A program made the position numbers and the translations under genes. The notes under the pieces were generated by a model, which made no database searches, was not told the DNA's origin, and saw only the letters and a list, made by a program, of their open reading frames with translations. From positions 1-58,995 of IMG/VR virus record IMGVR_UViG_3300049222_000252: a stretch of DNA of 58,995 bases; one strand, given 5' to 3'. Positions within the stretch are counted from its first letter, which is position 1, and every line of letters starts with the position of its first letter. This DNA comes from a virus (Duplodnaviria > Caudoviricetes). Shown here piece by piece: positions 9,101-17,773 of the stretch.

Positions 9101-12100
9101 ACAGTGGCAGACTTTTTTAACATACCTGTAAGTAGAATAAAAAATCCTAAAGATAATTTGCGTAAGTCAGATGACGTAGCAAATATACAGCGTTGGATAT
9201 TAAAAAACGAACCTACATTAAAGAATTTATTTACTGAAGCTAACAGAGATGTTATTGAAATAACTGAAGGCAATAGAGTTATACGTCAAGGTGGTGAACC
9301 AACTGCTATACCTAGAAACTTACTTAATAAGTTTTACACTAAAGGTGATCGTGTTGGTAATAACTTTCAATGGAAACTTAAACCTTACGATCGTACAACT
9401 TTCTTAGAAGCTGTAGGTATTAAAGACGGCAAGGTTGATCCTAACTTCACGCCACGCGCTGCTGAAGCTCAGACTATTAAAGGTATACTAGATATGTATA
9501 CTAGAAACTTAGGTAATGTAGCTGCGAGAGATATTATAGAAGGTCGTGAAGATATTGCACCGGCTGAAAAAGCTAGAGCAAAAGCTGAGGTTGCTAAGGG
9601 TAAACCACGTATTATGCTTAGTAAAGCTGCTAAGCAAGCTGCTGTAGACGAGATAAATCAGTTTATAGAAAAACAAGAATTTGTAAAAACTGAAGATGAA
9701 CTTGCTGCGGAAAATAAAGTTTGGAAATTTATAGCTAAGCAATTAGGAGTAAAACCTATTAGTTCTAAAAACCCAGATGATGTTGTAGAGTTTCAACAGT
9801 GGGTTAAAGATGTTCTTGCTCCTAGAATAGATAAATCTTTTTTTACAACTGGAACATTTGCAAACGCAGGTACTAGCGCTGCTAAAAGAAACTTTTATTT
9901 TACATCAGCGCAAGAATTAAATGATCTACTTGAAGGCGTACAGTTTGGACCTGAATCTAAAAACATACAGCAAGCTGTAAATAGAAAAACATATGTTACT
10001 GGTGGCGCTGAAGGTGTTGTTAGTAAAAAGTTTGTAAAAGAATTTAACAGTTCTGAGTTTAAAAAAGAACAACAAGAAAAACTTGACGGTTTAAAAGAAG
10101 TGTTTACGGTGTTTCAAGAATTAATGCAAGAAGATTCTAACAACACTAAATTTGTAATAGCTTTATTAACAAGCACTAGTCAAGGTATGGGGCATTTTGT
10201 TAGAACATCTGCACCTGTAAAGTTTTATTCTAAAAACATAGAAGGCGGTATAGTTGAAGAGCACACTATGCCAGCTAGTTTAGTAGCTAAATATTTATTT
10301 GGTCAAGCCGTGAACGGTACTATTGATCAAGGTTTCAAGCCTATAGAAAATAATTATTTTCAAGGAGCTTTAGGTAAAAATGATGATAAAAAGTTAAAAG
10401 GTAAAAAACCAGATGGTAAACCTTTTAACTACACATCAATGACTCCAGAGGGTTGGACGCTTAACGATAATATATGGGCTAGATATTTTAATGTAAATGT
10501 AGCTACAAATAATTTTGGTATAGATCCTAACAATATAGTTTTGTCTACGGGTAAAACTGTTTTTGAAACTTACGGTGTTAATAATTCTGGTGGTTTAGTA
10601 AGTAATAATTTTAACACTGAACAACAAAAAGCTGCTCAAATAAATAACAATAAAGTTCCTAAAAACTTTAGAGTTATGGCTAGTAAGTCTATGCCTAATA
10701 CACTAGATAAAATGTCTAATTTAGACGCACAAGCTGTGGAAGCTAATAAAGAATATTTTGATAGTGCTGATCTTGATAAAGGATTTAACGACTTACTAGA
10801 ACAAACAACTGGTATTGCATCGGAAAAAAGATACAAGCGTGTTAAAGCAGAAGTGGCAGGAGCTGCGCGTGGTAGAGCTTTAAGAGGTATACCTTATTCA
10901 GCGCAAGATCTTGTAGGTTTATTATATGAAACTCTTGGTAAAGGAAAACTAGGTGATGCGCAAATGGCATGGTGGACAGAAAACTTAATTAAACCTTATT
11001 CAAAAGCCATGAACGAAATCGATGCATCTAGAATTTCTATGATGCAAGATTATAGAGCTTTAAAGAAACAATTAAAAGTTGTTCCAAAAGATCTTCGTAA
11101 AAAAATACCAGGCGAGCCTTTTACTAGAGAGCAAGCTGTACGTGTTTATATATGGAACACGCAAGGTATGAAAGTTCCTGGCATTAGTGAAGCAGACTTA
11201 AAGGAGTTAACTAATTTTGTAAATAAAAACGAAGACTTAAAAACATTTGCAAATCAGCTTATATACATACAAAAAGGTGATCAATACGCTGCGCCAAAAG
11301 AAGGTTGGCCAGCTGGTAGTATAACAACTGATTTACTTGAAAATATAAACACAGTTAAGCGTGCTAAGTATTTAGAACAGTGGAAAGCTAATAAAGATAT
11401 TATATTTTCAGAAGAAAACTTAAACAAGCTTGAAGCTGCATATGGTAAAAAGTATCGTAAAGCTTTAGAAAATATGCTCGGTCGTATGGAAAGCGGTCGT
11501 AACAGAAACTTTTCAGATGATACTTTAACAGCTAGGTTTACAGACTGGTTGCAAGGTAGTATTGGTACTATAATGTTCTTTAACACTAGATCATCTTTAC
11601 TACAGACGTTATCTTCTATAAACTTTATAAACTTTACAGACAACAACCCGCTTGCCGCTGCTAAAGCTTTTGCAAACCAGAAACAATATTGGTCTGACTT
11701 TATGACGCTAATAAACTCTGACTTCCTTAAGGCTAGAAGATCAGGCTTACGTATGAACGTAAACGAAGCTGACATTGCTGACATGGCTAAGAAAGGTGGA
11801 CCCAAAGCTGTTATTGGTAAATTGCTACAGCTTGGTTTTGCACCAACACAAATAGCAGATAGTTTTGCTATTGCATCTGGTGGCGCTACTTTCTATCGCA
11901 ACAGAGTTAATACATACCAAAAACAAGGTATGTCAAAAGCTAAAGCTGAAGAAAAGGCATTTACAGACTTTAGAGAAAACGCTGAAGAGTCTCAGCAGTC
12001 AGCAAGGCCTGATAGAATATCTATGCAGCAAGCCGGTGGTTTAGGACGTCTTATATTAGCTTTCCAAAATACACCAGCTCAGTATGCTAGACTTATAGAT

Positions 12101-12784
12101 AAGTCTGTTAGAGATCTTAAGAATGGCAGAGGAGATGCTAAAACAAATATAAGCAAGATAGTATATTATTCTACAGTGCAAAACTTATTGTTTAACGCAT
12201 TGCAACAAGCTATGTTTGCTTTCGCTTTTGATGATGAAGAGCCTGAAGACAAGGAAAAGAAAGAAAAATATATTGATGTGGCCAACGGTATGATGGACTC
12301 GCTTCTTAGAGGTACTGGTCTTGCTGGTGGTATAGTGTCTGTAGCTAAAAATGCTATCATTAGAATAGTTGAAGAGTCTGAAAAAGATAGACCTAAGTTT
12401 GAAAAAGTTGGTGCTGACTTACTTAAGATAGCTCCACCTGTTTCATCTAAGCTTTCTAAAATAAATCAAGCAGCTAGATCGTATCAGTGGGATAAAAAAG
12501 AAATGCAAGAGAAAGGCTGGAGTTTAGATAACCCAGCTTACTTAGCGGCTGCAAATGTTATAGCAGCTACAACAAACGTACCATTAGATAGAATAGTTAA
12601 AAAAGGTAACAACGTTGCTAATGCAACTGACAGTGATTTAGAAACTTGGGAGAGATTAGCTTTGCTAGGCGGCTGGCAAGACTGGGAAATTGGTATTGAT
12701 GAAGAAAAACCCGCTAACAAACCTCAACCTAGAAAATCTAAATTTAAAAAGAGTGGATTTAAAAAGTCAGGATTTAAAAAGTAA
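6179..12784 (+). CDS. Giant polyvalent internal virion/cargo protein: zincin (HEFLH), ECF-sigma-like module, HNH-like module, conserved helical C-terminus
   Basis: 2201 aa. HEXXH at aa 648-652 with downstream EEA. Sigma region 2-like and HTH segments at aa ~805-990. Last gene of the ejection cluster. Confidence 0.75.
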   Translation: MAKYKIGTDLYDLPEEKIESFLSTYPDAVEVTDEIQEPVTEGKTDDVATVGADVTSEPDTASETQGTPEITGFKSADTSLGSRFIDSGIELEGFQFADGIGLAGVQLPEVVVTANQYKNLEQQIQNEGAKNITEQQEARQQLLEEQVAELPKAEPSDTPFTKLVNYLSKKGKEDVEETEDIIAAQSIYGSTVNSLVQLSGVDDRADYLLASLIQQIPDDVFLNVLGENAGKKAIKSTQENFSRVNKQIDNLNNLNLPTLGFTDVGQKEGFDKVTTGLAATFNGLTAFGTSAVTSLATGGAGLASDMLSMSIKDFNDTKAESLGITAEELFASGQGEILTPSAIGAVGYSLERFGIKGVTKYINKMGNKASKSLFAFLNTGNREGSTEWAQSGLEEFNKAIASGVSTDEAAKKAWNYMTSSDGLENYLQGFAGGSGSGVLGRAAKNIRNKNENEALSESINRLNELENSKYRKNLSAEDLSVINTAQDEIRFNLRDIVNKSNELVGTLTDKQIADLNANTDFITSSSDRINEIQNSEAYTDQEKQVLIDAVDKQREAASQNIYNIRSEADKLQAQIETVKGISGLVKGLKVEESDTAADAEKFAEDNNLDIKSSTSQGYILQNPETGEQTIVINKETALDEQAVNVAAHEFLHAVLFNTVKDSPQTAINLGNALLSELNKIDTAQLKDSNFKKRMEQYNDESREVKMEEALTLFSDAIATGDIKFNENVFTKLGDRVRRVTRKFGVNIKFNTGRDVYNFIKDYNKSIEKGDLSLAQVQAAAKGVEGELVAPTEQQADELIVKEAKSDEASQRVQEIYEQQGEAGTFDIIEQFKPITSKLVERRKEAPGFNREDLTSEIEIGKRGIIDLIKEYKPESGVPLAAYINKFLPARAIEASKRVLGEEFTEDVTEARGVAAEEVVTETAIKPEAKAIDPFRIMPNVREAAVTEVQKSIADKDVDVTEVTYKELKDVAPYQTVADFFNIPVSRIKNPKDNLRKSDDVANIQRWILKNEPTLKNLFTEANRDVIEITEGNRVIRQGGEPTAIPRNLLNKFYTKGDRVGNNFQWKLKPYDRTTFLEAVGIKDGKVDPNFTPRAAEAQTIKGILDMYTRNLGNVAARDIIEGREDIAPAEKARAKAEVAKGKPRIMLSKAAKQAAVDEINQFIEKQEFVKTEDELAAENKVWKFIAKQLGVKPISSKNPDDVVEFQQWVKDVLAPRIDKSFFTTGTFANAGTSAAKRNFYFTSAQELNDLLEGVQFGPESKNIQQAVNRKTYVTGGAEGVVSKKFVKEFNSSEFKKEQQEKLDGLKEVFTVFQELMQEDSNNTKFVIALLTSTSQGMGHFVRTSAPVKFYSKNIEGGIVEEHTMPASLVAKYLFGQAVNGTIDQGFKPIENNYFQGALGKNDDKKLKGKKPDGKPFNYTSMTPEGWTLNDNIWARYFNVNVATNNFGIDPNNIVLSTGKTVFETYGVNNSGGLVSNNFNTEQQKAAQINNNKVPKNFRVMASKSMPNTLDKMSNLDAQAVEANKEYFDSADLDKGFNDLLEQTTGIASEKRYKRVKAEVAGAARGRALRGIPYSAQDLVGLLYETLGKGKLGDAQMAWWTENLIKPYSKAMNEIDASRISMMQDYRALKKQLKVVPKDLRKKIPGEPFTREQAVRVYIWNTQGMKVPGISEADLKELTNFVNKNEDLKTFANQLIYIQKGDQYAAPKEGWPAGSITTDLLENINTVKRAKYLEQWKANKDIIFSEENLNKLEAAYGKKYRKALENMLGRMESGRNRNFSDDTLTARFTDWLQGSIGTIMFFNTRSSLLQTLSSINFINFTDNNPLAAAKAFANQKQYWSDFMTLINSDFLKARRSGLRMNVNEADIADMAKKGGPKAVIGKLLQLGFAPTQIADSFAIASGGATFYRNRVNTYQKQGMSKAKAEEKAFTDFRENAEESQQSARPDRISMQQAGGLGRLILAFQNTPAQYARLIDKSVRDLKNGRGDAKTNISKIVYYSTVQNLLFNALQQAMFAFAFDDEEPEDKEKKEKYIDVANGMMDSLLRGTGLAGGIVSVAKNAIIRIVEESEKDRPKFEKVGADLLKIAPPVSSKLSKINQAARSYQWDKKEMQEKGWSLDNPAYLAAANVIAATTNVPLDRIVKKGNNVANATDSDLETWERLALLGGWQDWEIGIDEEKPANKPQPRKSKFKKSGFKKSGFKK

Positions 12785-12829
12785 AAAAACAAGCTAATTA
12801 AGTAACTAATAAATTATAAACAAATAACA

Positions 12830-13003
12830 ATGGATTTACAACAGCTTAGACTATATTTTATAAATGGTAGCACACTAGGCGTAACAACTTTTGCACAATT
12901 AGAAATGAGTCTTAAAATTATACTTTTATTAGTTACTATAGGATATACTGTAACTAAGTGGATAGACCTTAAAAAGAATAAAAATGGCGATAAAAAGAAC
13001 TAA
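12830..13003 (+). CDS. Small membrane protein, holin-like (57 aa)
   Basis: MDLQQLRLYFINGSTLGVTTFAQLEMSLKIILLLVTIGYTVTKWIDLKKNKNGDKKN: TM segment plus basic tail. Below the track cutoff. Confidence 0.6.
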   Translation: MDLQQLRLYFINGSTLGVTTFAQLEMSLKIILLLVTIGYTVTKWIDLKKNKNGDKKN

Positions 13004-13139
13004 GATTAGTCCTGCTTGTAAGACTGCCGCAAAGAAAAAATTTAAAGTATGGCCATCAGCTTACGCTTCAGGCTGGGGTGTGCGTTGTACTAAAGCAGGT
13101 GGGCCTGGTAAAATGGGTAAGAAAAAGAAAAATAAATAG
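12984..13139 (+). CDS. Small basic protein with WPSAYASG motif (51 aa)
   Basis: MAIKRTKISPACKTAAKKKFKVWPSAYASGWGVRCTKAGG...; read manually. Confidence 0.75.
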   Translation: MAIKRTKISPACKTAAKKKFKVWPSAYASGWGVRCTKAGGPGKMGKKKKNK

Positions 13140-13141
13140 TT

Positions 13142-13264
13142 ATGGATAAGAATTTAAAATCAGTGGTTGCTGAATTAAAAAAAGCATCACGTATGCATGC
13201 TGCTCAAGCTAAAAAAATTGAAGGGCATATTAAAGCTATGCAGAAAATGAGTAAGAAAAAGTAA
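13142..13264 (+). CDS. Small basic helical protein (40 aa)
   Basis: MDKNLKSVVAELKKASRMHAAQAKKIEGHIKAMQKMSKKK; TAATG overlap with the next gene. Confidence 0.65.
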   Translation: MDKNLKSVVAELKKASRMHAAQAKKIEGHIKAMQKMSKKK

Positions 13265-13449
13265 TGGCTAAAGCTTATAGAGGTGTTTTAAAAGCTCGTA
13301 TAAATAAATTATATGGAGGTGACGTTACTTGTAGTAAAGTTAAAAAACTAAAAGCCAGACGTGAAGCTACTAGCAGAGATAAGCAACTAGCTAACTGGTT
13401 TATAAACATGCAAGACTGTAATGGCAGATCCAAAAAAAGGAACAGGTAA
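13264..13449 (+). CDS. Small basic protein
   Basis: 61-aa Lys/Arg-rich ORF in a tightly packed cluster. Confidence 0.7.
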   Translation: MAKAYRGVLKARINKLYGGDVTCSKVKKLKARREATSRDKQLANWFINMQDCNGRSKKRNR

Positions 13450-13708
13450 AAAACCTAAAGGCTCAGGGCGTAGATTATATACAGACGAAAATCCTAAAGA
13501 TACAGTTAAAATAAAGTATGCAACTGAAGCAGATGCTAAAGCTACTTGTAGTAAAGTTTTAAATATAAATAAACCATTTGCTCGTAAAATACAGATACTA
13601 ACTGTAATGGAGCAAAGATCTAGATTTGGTAAAAAACCTAAGCAAGCTGCTATAGCTAAAGCTTGTAAAAATAAAGTACGTAAAAAACATGGCAAAAAAA
13701 AGACCTGA
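13421..13708 (+). CDS. Small basic protein (GTGKKPKGSGRRLYTDENPKDTV type)
   Basis: 95-aa Lys-rich ORF overlapping its neighbours. Confidence 0.75.
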   Translation: MADPKKGTGKKPKGSGRRLYTDENPKDTVKIKYATEADAKATCSKVLNINKPFARKIQILTVMEQRSRFGKKPKQAAIAKACKNKVRKKHGKKKT

Positions 13709-13931
13709 GTGGAAAGACTCAAAGTACGCAGACGCGGAAGGAAAATTTAAAGATTTAGGTTGCGAAGCCTTAGCTGATTGGCTTATTAAAAGTCGTAAAG
13801 GAAATAAAAAAGCTATTGTTGGTAGTCTTAATCAACAAATAGTTTTTAATCGTAAGAAAAATCCTACGTATGCTAAAAAAATGAAGTGTGCTAGAAATAA
13901 AGCAATGAAAAAATTAAGTAAAGATGAATAA
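13689..13931 (+). CDS. Small basic protein
   Basis: 80-aa Lys-rich ORF. Confidence 0.7.
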   Translation: MAKKRPEWKDSKYADAEGKFKDLGCEALADWLIKSRKGNKKAIVGSLNQQIVFNRKKNPTYAKKMKCARNKAMKKLSKDE

Positions 13932-14328
13932 AAAAAGTCCATTAGCACATTGTTATGCAAGTGTTTTACATAATCCAGAAACAAATAAAATGAGAAAGCG
14001 AGTTGCTCAATACGGTAAAGGCACTGGCAATGATAAGGCTTTAGCAGATGCAGAATCTAAAAGATCACCGCTTGCTAAAAAATCTAAAGTAAAAGGTGGA
14101 GGTACAACTAAAGTATGTTTGCCTGCTTCAAAAGTAAAATCAATGAGCGCTGCGGAAAAGAAAAAAGTAATTGCAGCTAAAAAATCTGCAGCGGCCAAAG
14201 GCAAGTATAAGCGTTCTAGTAAATCAAACGTTAAAGGTGCTCGTAAGAAAGGAGCAACACTTCGTGATTGGTTTGAAAAAGAAAATTGGGTAAACGTTGC
14301 AACGGGAAAACCGTGTGGTGAAGATTAA
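13924..14328 (+). CDS. Basic protein with LRDWFEKENWVNV...PCG motif and SPLA repeats
   Basis: 134-aa Lys-rich ORF; last gene of the late arm. Confidence 0.75.
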   Translation: MNKKSPLAHCYASVLHNPETNKMRKRVAQYGKGTGNDKALADAESKRSPLAKKSKVKGGGTTKVCLPASKVKSMSAAEKKKVIAAKKSAAAKGKYKRSSKSNVKGARKKGATLRDWFEKENWVNVATGKPCGED

Positions 14329-14374
14329 GGAACAAAAATAAATAGGCGTACCATACCTAATAGTTCCTGTAACC

Positions 14375-14411
14375 AAGAAGGGGCCCTCAAACGAGGACCC
14401 CTTTTTTTTTT
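14375..14411 (+). terminator. Intrinsic terminator between the convergent arms (possibly bidirectional)
   Basis: AAGAAGGGGCCCTC-AAAC-GAGGACCCC followed by a long T run. Confidence 0.85.
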
Positions 14412-14412
14412 A

Positions 14413-16176
14413 TTATCCATCACAACTCAAGCAGTCTGAGTCCATAGCGCTTGCCGCTATATCACCTCTTAATACTGATTCAGTACGCATATAGTATAAG
14501 GTTTTAACACCTTTTTTCCATGCATCTAAATGAACTTGGTTAATCCATTTAGGTGTTGCTTCAGAAGGAAACGCTAGGTTTAAACTAACAGACTGATCTA
14601 CATACTGTTGCCGTATACCAGCTTGATTAACTAACTCTAATTGATTTATTTCCTTGAAGGTTTTAAATACATCTTTGACTTTATCAAAGCCTGTAGCTTC
14701 TAAATCATCTTGCTCGGATAACACTACTAACCTCCTATTGACATATCCAAAGTCATCTAATGGTAGATCCTGAATACTACCGCCATCAGCCATTATCTTA
14801 TCCCAAGTTTCTTTAGTATTGATACTAGCTTTTCTTAAGACTTTTTCGAGCTCTTTGTTCTTCCTAATGAACGTACCCTTCGCGCTTTGTTCAGTGAAAA
14901 CATTAGCGGCCCAAGGCTCAATGCCAGGACTAACATTACCGGCAAGCTTACTATTAGACACAGTAGGAGCAATAGCCCTGAGATGAGTGTTGCGCATGCC
15001 AGTGCCAACACACCAAAGAGGTTCGCCATAAAGTTCAGCCAAATCCCTAGAAGCCCTTTCACTTTCAATTTTGATTTGAGAAAATATACGTCTAGTTTCG
15101 AACTGTGCTTGTAATCCTTCGAATGGTATTCCGTTTCTTTGTAGGTATGTGTGCCAGCCCAATACTCCGAGGCCAAGCGCTCTACCTTTTTCCGCTGATC
15201 TAACTGAGTTCGCAAATCCGACTTTGCCTTTTGCTTTTTGTATAAACTCTTCAAGTACACCATCAAGAAACCATATAGCGTCATATATGAGGTTCGTGTT
15301 TTTCCATTCTTCATATTTAGATATATTTAAACTTGATAAGCAACAAACAAAGCTATGACTTTCATCTGTATGTAATGTAATCTCACTACAGATATTTGTC
15401 ATATGTACTTTTAACGCATTGTCTTTGTACGCTTTTGGATTTGCTTTGTTAGTATTTCCTTTAAAGAGTATATACGGTTCTCCAGTTGCTTTTCGTTTTC
15501 TAATAAGTTTACTCCATCGAGACCTAGCGTCTGCATCTCCTTGTTCAAGGCGACGCATAAATTTATCACCAACAACTGCGCACTGATGTAAATTAAGCGA
15601 TTGTCTGTTGACATCTCCTTTAGGTTCTCTAATTTCAAGCCACTCCTCAAAATCGTTGTGCTCAATGTTGATGTTAACTGAGGCTGCCCCTCGTCTAACA
15701 GACCCTTGATTAGTAGCGAGTATTGTTGAATCATAAATTTTGCAAAATGGTACGACTCCGTCTGATGTTCCATTACCTGTAATTTTAGCGCCAGCGGGTC
15801 TAATCTGATTGATACCAATGCCAACTCCACCGCCGTGCTTAGCGAGCAGCATCATCTCTAAATTTTTAGCACCGATATCATGTATACTATCTGCAACATC
15901 GATACCAAAACAACTAATCGGTAAACCTCTATCTGTACCTGTATTAGATAACACAGGGCTTGCTAAGTTCAACCAGCCTTTCCAAATATAATTGAAAAAT
16001 GTTTCAGCTAACTCTGGCCTGTCAAGTCTACGCGCAACTGTTTTGCATACTCGCTGGTATGCATCTCTTGGCGACTCGTCGTAGAGTAAATATCCCCCGG
16101 ATATAGTCTTCTTGTATACGTCTGTTTCTCCCCACTCTGGGTAATCAATTCCTTTTTTCCACTCATTATTCCACAT
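14413..16176 (-). CDS. nrdA: Class I ribonucleotide reductase alpha subunit (no ATP cone)
   Basis: ASPVLSN, PISCF, GGGVG, TNICSEI, IAPTVSNS, KTLYY, C-terminal CLSCDG. Confidence 0.97.
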   Translation of the reverse strand: MWNNEWKKGIDYPEWGETDVYKKTISGGYLLYDESPRDAYQRVCKTVARRLDRPELAETFFNYIWKGWLNLASPVLSNTGTDRGLPISCFGIDVADSIHDIGAKNLEMMLLAKHGGGVGIGINQIRPAGAKITGNGTSDGVVPFCKIYDSTILATNQGSVRRGAASVNINIEHNDFEEWLEIREPKGDVNRQSLNLHQCAVVGDKFMRRLEQGDADARSRWSKLIRKRKATGEPYILFKGNTNKANPKAYKDNALKVHMTNICSEITLHTDESHSFVCCLSSLNISKYEEWKNTNLIYDAIWFLDGVLEEFIQKAKGKVGFANSVRSAEKGRALGLGVLGWHTYLQRNGIPFEGLQAQFETRRIFSQIKIESERASRDLAELYGEPLWCVGTGMRNTHLRAIAPTVSNSKLAGNVSPGIEPWAANVFTEQSAKGTFIRKNKELEKVLRKASINTKETWDKIMADGGSIQDLPLDDFGYVNRRLVVLSEQDDLEATGFDKVKDVFKTFKEINQLELVNQAGIRQQYVDQSVSLNLAFPSEATPKWINQVHLDAWKKGVKTLYYMRTESVLRGDIAASAMDSDCLSCDG

Positions 16177-16178
16177 AT

Positions 16179-16451
16179 TTATTTAAAAAATAATAACGCG
16201 TATGCTATCATCACGTTTAAATTAACTAATACTAAATTCCATTGCTTTGCAACCCAAACTTGTGGTGTACAAAACAAACCTGCTAAAAAATATATTACCA
16301 CGCCTGGTGTTTCAGGAAGTAAATGGGGAGCGGTTATAAAAAAACCAGTCCCCATATACCCTAATCTATTAGCTATCCTCTCTACTGGAGAAAGCTTCCT
16401 CTGTTTCACTAGGCTCTTCAGCCACTTTCTTTTTAAGCTCTTCGATTGCAT
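16179..16451 (-). CDS. Small multi-TM membrane protein (start uncertain)
   Basis: Three hydrophobic segments; 'QVWVAKQWNLVLVN'. Confidence 0.6.
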   Translation of the reverse strand: MQSKSLKRKWLKSLVKQRKLSPVERIANRLGYMGTGFFITAPHLLPETPGVVIYFLAGLFCTPQVWVAKQWNLVLVNLNVMIAYALLFFK

Positions 16452-16605
16452 CTTCGTAACCTTCTAATTGTTTGATTATTTCTTGTTGGCCAAAGACCAT
16501 TGTTTTTAAATTATCTACTTCGTTTATTAAATGCTGCAGTACGTTTGTTACTGCGGCCATACGCTTCTCAAGCGCTTCAGTTCTACTCTGTTTCTGTCCT
16601 TTCAT
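16369..16605 (-). CDS. Hypothetical coiled-coil protein
   Basis: 78-aa ORF between nrdB and nrdA. Confidence 0.6.
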   Translation of the reverse strand: MKGQKQSRTEALEKRMAAVTNVLQHLINEVDNLKTMVFGQQEIIKQLEGYEDAIEELKKKVAEEPSETEEAFSSREDS

Positions 16606-16640
16606 ATAATTCTTTTTCTAGTTCTTGTTCACTAATCAGT

Positions 16641-17609
16641 TTACCAAATGTCTTCGAAGTCTTCGCCTTCGTTAGCCTTTGAATAATCCGTCGGCCGAAC
16701 TGCGAAAAAATCAGTATGAGTGAGCCCCCCGGTAAGATGATAGAACCAATCAAGATTAGCTGCTGCGTTCTCGTCATACGGGAAGTACGAACCAAGATCA
16801 ACGTAACCCAGTTCAACCAGTTTTTCATTTGTTCTTTTCTTTATAAAGTGTTTTAAATCATTTGCTTTAATGCCTTCGATGTCACCCATCTCAAACATTT
16901 TATCTATATACTTAGTCTCAAGCTTAATCATTGTTTCAGCTGCAACTACTATATCATTACGGCATAGGTCTAACAACTGATTGTTCTCATCACACATATC
17001 GCGGAATAACTTACAACCCATTTTACTATGAAGTGATTCATCACGAACACTCCATTTCATTTGCTGTCCGATACCCTTGAGTAAATTGCGTAACTGAAAA
17101 CTATATAAAACAGCAAAAGCTGAATAGAGGCTAACGCCTTCGGCGAAAGCAGAAAACACTGCCAAAGACTTTCCAATACCAACAGCATTTGTACCGTTGT
17201 AAGCGACCAAATTGTCAAACCTTTCCGCTGTAGCGGGCTCATGTAAAAACGCTTCATAATTTTCTAATCCTAATGTTTCATTTAAATAACTATAAGCAAC
17301 TGCATGTATTGTTTCTTGCGATCCAAACATCATTGCCATTTGTTGTATCTCGTGTTTTGGAAACCAACCAACAACCTTTTGTGTCCAGTAATCTGATACT
17401 GCACACTCTGTCTGAGCAAAACCTAGTAGTATATTACCTACTAAGTTCTTCTCTTCTGGTGTTAGCTTTTCTTTCCAGTCTTTGACATCACCTTGCATCG
17501 GTATTTCAGTGTGTAACCAAAATGCCTGTGCTTGTTTCAACCAGCCTTCAGTGTAGTACTCAGGGTACTCAAACGGTTTGTACGCTACGCGCTCATCAAA
17601 CAATCCCAT
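16641..17609 (-). CDS. nrdB: Ribonucleotide reductase beta subunit
   Basis: FWLHTEI, ETIHAVAYS, AEGVSLYSAF, RDESLH, DFFAVRPTDY. Confidence 0.97.
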   Translation of the reverse strand: MGLFDERVAYKPFEYPEYYTEGWLKQAQAFWLHTEIPMQGDVKDWKEKLTPEEKNLVGNILLGFAQTECAVSDYWTQKVVGWFPKHEIQQMAMMFGSQETIHAVAYSYLNETLGLENYEAFLHEPATAERFDNLVAYNGTNAVGIGKSLAVFSAFAEGVSLYSAFAVLYSFQLRNLLKGIGQQMKWSVRDESLHSKMGCKLFRDMCDENNQLLDLCRNDIVVAAETMIKLETKYIDKMFEMGDIEGIKANDLKHFIKKRTNEKLVELGYVDLGSYFPYDENAAANLDWFYHLTGGLTHTDFFAVRPTDYSKANEGEDFEDIW

Positions 17610-17773
17610 TACTTATAAATTTCATAAGCAACGTCAATAAAAGGCAAATAAAAAACGTAAGCAGTTTGTTTATCTTCTTCATAAGTTCTCATTCCTAATA
17701 ATATTCCTGGGTAAAACCCAAATGATAGTGACCATGTTGGCTTATCGCCCTTGCCCTCTGTTGCGCTTGACAT
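17609..17773 (-). CDS. Hypothetical protein (54 aa)
   Basis: MSSATEGKGDKPTWSLSFGFYPGILLGMRTY...; TAATG coupling to nrdB. Confidence 0.65.
   Translation of the reverse strand: MSSATEGKGDKPTWSLSFGFYPGILLGMRTYEEDKQTAYVFYLPFIDVAYEIYK

Noticed and set aside
6179-12784. crAss-type virion RNA polymerase
   Set aside because: I could not find a DxDxD (DFDID-type) catalytic motif or T7/N4-type polymerase motifs in the translation.
14327-14369. Second hairpin (AGGAAC...TAGG/CCTA...GTTCCT) resembling the one at ~39331
   Set aside because: Similarity is only a 4-bp stem plus GTAC; too weak to call a family.
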